From Epiperipatus broadwayi (lineage: Eukaryota > Animalia > Onychophora), in the NCBI GenBank assembly GCA_028023455.1, contig JAQFVV010000005.1, positions 12,772,001 to 12,836,000 of the forward strand: a stretch of DNA of 64,000 nucleotides. Reading direction: 5' to 3'. The position numbers and the translations under genes were made by a program. Positions 54,922-64,000 of the stretch are shown in pieces (positions within the stretch are counted from its first letter, which is position 1; each line of letters opens with the position of its first letter). The notes below the pieces were generated by a model, which saw nothing but the letters and a program-made list of their open reading frames with translations, was not told the origin of the DNA and did not search any database.

Positions 54922-55890
54922 CATTATCAACCATTATCACTCCACTGCAGGGTGAAGGTCTCTCCAAGTTCAATCCATCTCTGATCTTTAGCTTTTCTTC
55001 TCCACATCACCCTTGCACACTTTCTTATTTCATCCATCCATCTCACATGTGGTCTCTTTCTGGATCTTTTACAATCTCTTGGAATTCAGTTTAAGATTTC
55101 AATTGACCATCTATTATCATCTCTTCTAGCAATATGTCCAACCCAATTCCACTTCAATATTTTAATTTTTTCACTCAGGTCAGTAACACCTGTTTGTTCT
55201 CTTACTCATATATTGCATTTTCAATCTCTTCTTGTTACTCCCAACATGCATCTCTCCATACTTCTTTTAGTGATCTGAAGTCTCTGTATTGCTCTTCTAT
55301 TAAGTGTCCAAGTCTCAGATCCATAAGTAAGAACTTGTAACACACATTTAATAAAAATCTTCCTTTTCAAACACATAGGCATATTTCCTTTTAGTATAAG
55401 TTATTTTAAAGAATATTTATAAAAATGCAACAGCAACAATTAGATTACATAATGATATTGGGAAAGTCAACATTGAGAAGGATGTAAGACAAAGTGAATC
55501 CATATCTCCAACACTTTTTACAGCAGTGCCGCAAGAAGTATTTTGTGGATTAAAATGGGAAGCTAAAAAAGTGAAAGTAAATGGAGATTATTTAAGTCAT
55601 TTAGATTTTGCAGATGATATAGTTGTTTTTGCAAATAATGCATTAGAGCTGCAGGAAATGTTGCAGGAATTATCAGATGAAAGTAGGAAAGTAGGACTAA
55701 AGATAAATGTTAAAAAGACTAATGTAATGTTTAATCTATTTGCTCAAAATATGAAAATAGAGATTGATTATGATGAATTAGAAGAAGTTAACAGTTACAA
55801 ATACCTTGGTCAGATTATTAATACAGATGGAAATATAATGGATGAAACTAAGCATAAAATTAAACGTAGTTGGAGTGCTTTGGGTAGAAA
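54922..55890. mobile_element. RTE LINE insertion with inverted 5' segment
   Basis: 54922-~55400 minus: ILKGNMPMCLKRKIF..YGSETW..PRDCKRSRKRPHVRWMD and tail; ~55401-55890 plus: LKNIYKNATATIRL..HLDFADDIV..WSALGRN; TSD tattataagtat (54910-54921, 55891-55902). Confidence 0.88.
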
Positions 55891-56149
55891 TATTATAAGT
55901 ATAGGCATAAATAAAATCAAAATGATAAACATAAAAAATAGTAATGATATTTTATTAGATATTATAATTTACATGTAGTGAATTTTCAATATTATTAAAA
56001 TCATGATGCCAAAAATAATTTTGATAACTATAAAACTATATGTATTCTTCCTTCAAGTGCTAAAATAATAGAAAATTATATGTATAAAATAATTTTAAAA
56101 AATTTAAATAAAAATATATATTTTTAATAAAACACAATATGAATTCATA

Positions 56150-57200
56150 GAAGGAAGAAACACACAGTATTATTGGAGAATTTTGTGGATAAAATTAATA
56201 GTGCATTAAATGATAACAAATATGTAACAGTAATTTTTTCAGATTTTTATAAAGCTTTTGGCATCATTAAGCATAAACAATTAATTCACAGTTTAGAAAA
56301 TTATGAACTAGAGAAAAATTGCTACTTCTCAAAAATTACTTAAATAATAGATATGTTGCATCAAAAATATTAAATGTATCAAGTAATGGCAAAAATTTTT
56401 ATATGAAGCTACTTAAACTTAGTGCAATGTTATAAACAATGAGGATTTCCAATTCCTCTACAAGCTTTATGATAAATGCTTAGCCAGAGCCATCACTCAA
56501 AATATCTCTATCAGAAACCCCTCCCCAAACCCCTGACCATGGTTTCATGCTTTGGCACTTCTCAGAGTGGTGTCGGGGTAGGTTACTTTTAGACAAGTGC
56601 TTGGCTTTGGGTTGGTATTTTTAGATCTAGTGTCTGAACCTACCCCGACACCTCTCTGAGAAGTGCCAAAGCATGAAACCATGGTCAGGGGTTTGGGGAG
56701 AGGTTTAGACAAGTGCTTGGCTTTGGGTTGGTATTTTTAGATCTAGTGTCTGAACCTACCCCGACACCTCTCTGAGAAGTGCCAAAGCATGAAACCATGG
56801 TCAGGGGTTTGGGGACGGGTTTCTGATAGAGATATTTTGAGTGCTGGCTCTGGCTAAGCATTTATCACAAAGCTTGTAGAGGAATTGGCAATCCTCACTG
56901 TTTATAACTTACAAGCTTAAGAGATAGGGTCATGTGATCTATGACTCTTATTTTGACTATTTTTAGTGCAATGTTATTTCTGATTTTCATAAATAATCTA
57001 AAAAATATTAATATTGAAAGATCAATATATCAACATATAGGTATTACTGTCATTATGAGTATAAATAACAATATTGATATTGCAATTAAAGAATGTCAAG
57101 GAAATCTTAACAAAATTATTCTTTGGTGCTTTGAGAGGATTTTATATAAGCGGAACAAAACAAAACAAAATATATGTTAATATGCTCTCCTCACATGAAA
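56150..57200 (+). mobile_element. Old CR1/L2-like LINE RT remnant hosting the hammerhead element
   Basis: VIFSDFYKAFGIIKHKQLIHSLENY near 56230; MLFLIFINNL..GNLNKIILW near 56970-57130. Confidence 0.6.
56434..56962. mobile_element. TSD-flanked non-coding element with three family B hammerheads (one inverted, two tandem 116-bp units)
   Basis: TSD ttagtgcaatgttat (56419-56433, 56963-56977); tandem units 56591-56706 and 56707-56822; hammerhead motifs 56530-56570 (-), 56651-56691 (+), 56767-56807 (+). Confidence 0.88.
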
Positions 57201-57400
57201 TATAAAAATATTAATATACATTTACATTCATAATCATTGTATATATAATAAAAATGTAATATTTAATATTAACATATAAAAATAGAACAAGTGAAATATA
57301 TTAGTGGAATGATGACAGATTTAAAAAATGTCTTAGAAACATTATATTTTATAACAATATTCTGCCAAATCAAAATATTTTTCCTTTAAATATTCTTATT

Positions 57401-57501
57401 ATGTTGAGTGTTGGTGGCCTGGTGGCTAGCATAGCTGCTTTCTAAGCAGTTGTCCCGGGGTTCGCTTCCCGGACGATGCCTTGACATATTAAAAAAAAAA
57501 A
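57401..57501 (+). mobile_element. tRNA-Gly(TCC)-derived SINE or retroposed pseudo-tRNA
   Basis: gtgttggtgg..gtggctagcatagctgc-tttctaa-gcagttgtcccggggttcgcttcccgg closely resembles animal tRNA-Gly(TCC); poly-A tail; TSD attcttattat. Confidence 0.8.
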
Positions 57502-59113
57502 ATTCTTATTATATATGAATCTTTATGTGAATCTTTATTGAGATATGGACTAACACTTTTATGGTTTGGCAAGCTTTCTAATATTAATAGATAAAATATT
57601 AGTGCAAAAAATAATTAAATTAATAAAAGAAAATTCTATAAAAAAGTGATACAAAAATAATATTTGATTATTCAAACAACTTTTTGAATATATAATTCTA
57701 GGGGAAAAAATTTTGATAGTAATTTCAAAAAACCATATATAAAACAGTTTGAAATGTGTCTAAGAAAAATGGATATGTTTATAATTTCAAAGTATTATAA
57801 TAAATATGAAACTAAAATAAATCATTATAATCCTAAATTATTCAATAATTTACCTACTGAATTAAAAAGCTTGCAATGCTATCGGGAATAAAAAATCAAA
57901 TTAAAAAATATATTAAAGAGAGAGAGAAAAACTAGCTTAATTATAACAATATATATGAGAATATAATATGATATAGTCATTTATTATGTATAATCAATAT
58001 ATTATTGTAATGTAATTTGTTATTATTATCATTAGCATATTTTGTATTAATTTTAAAAATAAAAAAAATGTAAATATATAAACTATTAATAAAATTTTAT
58101 TCTATATAAAAGTTCAACTAAGGTTTAGTAGATGAAAAATGACATTTGCATTTGTGCAAATATATTTTGATCAGTATTTAACCTATATAAACGAAAAAAT
58201 AAAGAATGATATATAAATAAAATTTCAAGTAAAAAATACATACTAAAAAGCAAAATAAATATTTCTTTAACCACAATTGGGGTTTTTAAAATAAACTTAA
58301 AATAAAAGCATGAGGTTAAGGATCCAGAAACTAATTGATCCCTATGTTTTTTTATTTCAAGTTCAATATAGCACAGAAAATAAAAATGTCAAACCATATT
58401 GTACTTTAAATGTACTTGGCACTAATAGTTTATGTATGTATCTCTAGATATTGCTGCAATAAGTTAATATATAAACCTCTTATGTATATATTGTTTGGTA
58501 TGTATTCATAATTATGTATGTGTATAATTAATTATTAAGTAACTTAAAATATGAAGACATCTTTTTCTAAAAAAAAAATGCTTACTAAAACTATACTATA
58601 CTGTAAAAAAACTTTATTTAATAAGTATGATTTTACTTTAAATCAATTTGATATATATATAAAATAAATAAAAATATCAATTAATTACAATATATATATA
58701 TATCACCTGATATTACTACAATAAGTTAATATATATATCAGATTTAATATGTGTATAATAAATTATTAATAACTGAAACACACAGGATTATTATATACCT
58801 GGGTTTATATATGTAATATATAGGATGTTTCAGTTATTACATAGTAGAGATGTCTGCCCATCCCTTGTTTTAAATGGATTATGTCCTGTGTATGAGGGGT
58901 CAGATTGACTTTAGGTCAACATGGGTGTGACAAAAATCTCAGCCTTAGGGTGGCCTTTGAGTGAGTGTTCCATCATCAGATTTTCAATTGGATGTCCAGT
59001 TGAAGAGTTGGAGTGTGGAGTAGATTGAAGCCTGTCCATTAAAGTATGAGGATTGGCTATCTTAATATATATTTGAGCACTTATAGCATATATGTGTAGA
59101 GATGGTAATCTGG

Positions 59114-59157
59114 ACCAACTGATGATTGCTGGTTTAGCATGAAATACATATATTGGT
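59114..59157 (+). ncRNA. Minimal type I hammerhead motif, family C copy 1
   Basis: ACCAA-CUGAUGA-uUGCUgguuuAGCAu-GAAA-UACAUA-UA/UUGGU. Confidence 0.7.
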
Positions 59158-59567
59158 GATTATTTATCTTTTCAACATATATATGTTCAAGTGTATCAGT
59201 GTTATGAGAGTGGTGTGTCATGTGAAAGTCTGTGCTCATATAAACTATATATTATATATAAACCCAGGTATATAATAAGCCTGTGTGTTTCAGTTATTAC
59301 ATAGTAGAGATGCCTGCCCATCCCTTGTATTAAATGGATTGTCCTGTGTATGAGGGGTCAGATTGACTTTAGGTCAACATGGATGTGACAAGAATCTCAG
59401 CCTTAGGGTGGCCTTTGAGCTTTACATCATCAGATTTTCAATTGGATGGAAAGTTGAAGAGTTGGAGTGTGGAGTAGATTGAAGCCTGTCCATTAAAGTA
59501 TGAGGATTGGCTATCTTAATATATATCTGAGCACTTATAGCATATATGTGTAGATATGGTAATCTGG

Positions 59568-59611
59568 ACCAACTGATGATTGCTAGTTTAGCATGAAATA
59601 CATATATTGGT
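59568..59611 (+). ncRNA. Minimal type I hammerhead motif, family C copy 2
   Basis: Same core and stems, 454 bp downstream of copy 1. Confidence 0.7.
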
Positions 59612-60583
59612 GATTATTTATCTTTTCAACATATATGTGTTCAAGTGTATCAGTGTTATGAGATAGTGTGGAGAGTGGTGGGTCATGTGAAAGTCTGTGC
59701 TCATATACCCAATAAATTATTAAGTAACTTAAAATATGAAGACTGCCTTTCTGTTGAAAAATAGTTGTCATTTTTTCTTTTCATTTGATGAGTTAATTTT
59801 TTAAAAAAATGCCCAAGAAAACTATATTGTAAACTAACTTTCTTTAATACATATGCTTTTACTTTAAAGTAACTTGGAAACTAATTTTATTTTATTCCAA
59901 TTTAAATCAAGCTTTCAATTGGGTCAAAAAAATTGCTCTCATTTCTTAAAACATATTAAGCTCAATTTTAAAAGATTATAACTTTACTCAAGCTTTCAAT
60001 TGAACCAAAAAATATCTATACTGTCATCTTACTTAAACTATATGAATGAAACAAACATATAGAGATTCTAAGTAAAATCAAAGCATTTAAACAAATATTT
60101 TTTTTAAAAAATGTTTCTCATTTTAATCTTCTCTAAATGTTTTTGATCATTGCTCTACCTTTCAAATAATCAACTTCTATCTTGTTTTTTTCTTCTTACC
60201 TTACAATGACTTTTTGATTTTATCTTTCAAATTTCAACTATCTCTATGTAAATGTTCAATTGTCATTTACTTCTAATTATTTCAATTATATATATACAGT
60301 ATGTTATTTTTTTTAGACAAATTGTACTTCAATTAAATTATAAGTGCTGGAAATGATTATATACGAAAAGCTTAAGTTCCAATGTTTGTTACATTATTAT
60401 GCTTATAATTAATTTTATCATTCTAATTTATTTTTCCAAATCTACTATTTTTTTAATTATCCAAGTGAACACTTTATATATAGATAAGCTTCAACACCAC
60501 ATTTAATAAACATATTTGTGACTTTAACTTCTTACACCACAAAACAAACTTCTATCCTTAATATATTATAAATCCATGAAAGC

Positions 60584-61030
60584 AATGCACACTTAAACAA
60601 TATCAAGAATCTCAATCTTTTTGTTATCAATGCAACTTTTTTTGTGATAAAGGTGGATACCCATCTTGATCTATGGTCTAAAATATTTATATAGATACTA
60701 AAGATTGTCACTGAAAGAGATTGAAATTTTTAATTCAAAAAAAGTTTAAATAACCTGCATTATATTGGCAAATATAACCTGTTTTGAAAACAGACTAACA
60801 AATAATCAATTTTAATTTTCAAACTGTACTGAAACTATATATTACATAGATGATAAAACTAATAAAGTTTCAGACTAAATTGATTTATAAATGTAAATAT
60901 ATAATATCAGTCCACACTTAAACAATACCAATAATCTCAATGTTTGTTGTCAAGGCAACCTTTTTTGTGGTAAAGATGGATATCCTACTTTATCTATGAT
61001 ATTTATATAGACACTAAGGATTGACACTTG
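60584..61030. repeat. Diverged ~120-130-bp direct duplication
   Basis: cacacttaaacaata...atctcaat...ttttttgtg.taaag.tggata...atttatataga.actaa at ~60587-60712 and ~60913-61026. Confidence 0.7.
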
Positions 61031-63567
61031 ACTGCATTCTCAATGTAAAAATTTTATTGCTATTTTCAACATTAGTTAATCAACTTTATATATGTTTGCA
61101 AGCATTAATCTGTGTTATGACTTCTCTGCTATATATATTATACTTTTGTTTAAAATATATTAAAGTAATAAAAATTCTAGTTTTGCTCTAAATTTTAATA
61201 AATTAATGAATATAATCAATCTTTATATCATATTATAAAAATATTGTTTTAAACACAGAAATAGATGTCTGATATATGAATTTATAAATTACTTCCAATT
61301 ATTTCTTTTATTTACATCATTACTAACTTTTATTATTATAATTGTTATTATTATTGTTATTTTAATATTATTCTCTCTCTTGTTGTTGAAATTGTTATTA
61401 TTGCTGTCATTCTTATTACTGTTATTATTATAAAGGTTGTTATTATGATTGCTATTGTAAAATCAATGTTTTGTATTTTTATATTATAAAACTATTATAT
61501 ATACATGTAACTAATTTTCTAATAATTACTAAACTTTACAGATTTTTTTTTTTATGTAACACTACTAAAATAATATACAAAGTTTCTAACTGACATTTTC
61601 AATCTTTTGTTACATCATATTTATTATGTACAATAATGATTTATTTACTTTCATTTAAAATTTGTGTCATCATGATTGATTATGTAGTGATTATTGGTAT
61701 GATTTTATTATGTATTTTTTTTTATGTAAATAATTTATAAAAATTTAAAAAAGTATTATTTTTATTAGTAATAAATATGAAAAAAATTCTCACTGAAATA
61801 TTTTTTGTTTTATTATAGTAAAAGTATTGAGTACAGAATCGAGGTTTCCCATAAGTCTAAAATTGAAAATTGATGGAACAACTTTCAAATATTGAAATAA
61901 TTATAAATAACCAATAAACGAAAAACATCTCATAAATTGTCTTGTAAAATTAGATGATATCTTATCAAAAATGAAATATTGCTTCCCATGCAAAAAATAT
62001 TTTTATCTTATCTCTTATTTTTATTCAAGATGAATCTGCATATATGCAATGATTGCTTACCCTTCTACAAGATGTTACAAATTGATATAGTCCCTATTCT
62101 GAATAAGAATAATGCAGTAAAAGTTAACATATCTATCAACATGGGCTTAGAACTAGAGCTGCAGGTACCTCTATAAAATGACAATATATTAATTTTTAAT
62201 TGAGGTTTAGACTTTGTATCTTAATGTATTTATCAAAAGTAATTGGTGTCATTGTTATAAGTGCAGAAACTTTGACACTTATAAATAAATGTAATGATTT
62301 TGTATAAATAAATACTGAACAAATGATGAAGATACATGTAAGAGATTGAAATCTGGGACAACTGATGATGATGCTGAGTTAACAAGAAATGTTATCTTTC
62401 AGATTTTTTTTTCAGAAGTTTATGTTCATATGTTTCAGAAATGCATGGCAGAATAGAAGTTATTAATATTTATATATATATAAGTTATTCTGTGTGTTTA
62501 TGTTTAAGCTAATTTGTGTTCTGAAATGCATGCATAATGAGAAAGGGGGATCTGACTTTCTGTACTGATGGATAGTTGTGATATGATAAAGTAGAGATAA
62601 AGAATGCACTGAACGAATCAAAATACTTAAATATATAAGTTTAATAGGTATGAAAACTGCCATTATGCATTTATTTTTTTAAAAATAAACTCCTAAAAAA
62701 TGAAATAAACTAGTTATATTCTTACTAATACTTTTATTGGATGTTTGTGTTGCTAATTATAATTAGTAATAAATGGATTTGATCTATTGGCTCAAAGATT
62801 GGATACTAGTTTGTTAATCTGAAGACCCCAAATAAATTCCAGAGATTAGAAGCTTTTTATTTTTATTTTCTATTTTAATTTTTAATGTTAAAACTTTCTG
62901 AAATTTTAGGAGATTAAATAAATCTTAAAAATTAACAATCCATGAACTGTATTTCATGTAAATCATCACATGACATCCCGAAGCCATTGAACATTTGTTA
63001 TCTGAACAAAGTAAATAAAAAAGAACAAATGTATGCAAATAAATAAAAAGAAGTAGTTTCATTTTTTTTTACTCAGTTAAGAAAACTCTGGGAAGAGCAG
63101 CATTATTATGACTGTGTTGAAGCATTTATTTTATCAATTTATAGAACTGGGAAGTTAATTTGTAAGACTGGTAAGATAATATCACATGATTCAAAACACC
63201 TAAATCACTGCTTTTGATTTCACTATATTTTTTTCTGCCAGAGGGATTTACTGAAAGCTTGTGCAATCAATAGATTCTAAACAATAATACTAATAAAATC
63301 TTCTTAATAACTTTTAGTTATTGTTTTTTTTTTCCAGTGAGAAAGGCTCAAAGCTAGAAATTAATCTGAGAGTTTAATAAGCACATGCATATAATGATTA
63401 TTACTCAAGATTATATTAGATGGCTCTTAAATTAATAGAATAGATCTGTTGAAGATAAATTGACAAATTAATATCATACTTTGTTTAATATATAAAATAA
63501 TTTACTATTTGTTATATAAAACCTTTTTTTATACAATGTTTTTGAGCAAAAAAATATATAAACTTAC

Positions 63568-63693
63568 TACATTCTTCTTCTTCTTTGGTAATGGTAAATA
63601 CTAATGGACAGGTACAGAATACATAACTACTTTTATTTTCACATTTTGCAAATTTCCCACAATGCAAGGAGTGACAGTTGAAAGAAAAAGAAA
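63568..63693 (-). CDS. EGF-like exon (first in window)
   Basis: Acceptor ttttatattgcag, donor gtaagtt, 126 nt; xSFSFNCHSLHCGKFAKCENKSSYVFCTCPLVFTITKEEEEC with 6 Cys in EGF spacing. Not in ORF track. Confidence 0.88.
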
Positions 63694-64000
63694 CTGCAAT
63701 ATAAAATAAATCATTTATTGCAAATTATTCAATAAATTATGATCAGAAGTTCAAATAATTTATTTTTTTAAAAAAAAAGTTCAAGTGTGTGCTGAATATC
63801 TCTTTTAAACAAATTTAACTTTTGTTTTGAAAAAAAAAATCATTTAATACCTTTAATATTTATAAATAAATCACAAAATGTTAAAGGAATAATAAAAAAT
63901 AAACATTTTTCTAAATATGTGGATGTTATTTTAATGATTAAAATTAAAAGGATATGAAATAATATTTAGAATAATCTTCAGGTTACCATATATAGATTTA

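Larger units (their letters stand above)
58767..59706 (+). mobile_element. Tandem Penelope-like pLTR pair (family C, ~455-bp period) with a short inverted extension
   Basis: Direct repeats ~58826-59240 and ~59286-59706; 58767-58820 is an inverted copy of 59247-59299. Confidence 0.85.

Noticed and set aside
57408-57480. Functional tRNA gene
   Set aside because: Anticodon loop altered (TTTCTAA), acceptor stem imperfect, poly-A tail and TSD present, so retroposed.

Overview
AT-rich animal (probably invertebrate) genomic DNA, strongly CpG-depleted by eye. The window lies entirely inside one large minus-strand gene. I find nine GT-AG exons, most missed or mis-delimited by the ORF track. All are phase 1-1, total 2148 nt, and splice into one open 716-codon frame. 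Seven encode single EGF-like modules, one a 4-Cys truncated module, and one (47622-48818) an EGF module followed by 24 extra 14-16 aa C-x-C loops. Start, stop, signal peptide and any TM segment lie outside the window, so no gene symbol is given. The 3-15 kb introns hold RTE, CR1-like, Gypsy and Penelope (GIY-YIG) remnants, tRNA-Gly-derived SINEs, a 3.6 kb TG...CA solo-LTR-like insert and a 1.4 kb (TTA)n tract. The most notable non-coding signal is at least three families of minimal type I hammerhead ribozyme motifs with palindromic stem III. They occur as monomers, tandem pairs and fold-backs, including a TSD-flanked non-coding retrozyme-like insertion. All calls were made by eye, with no database searches; TE boundaries are approximate.
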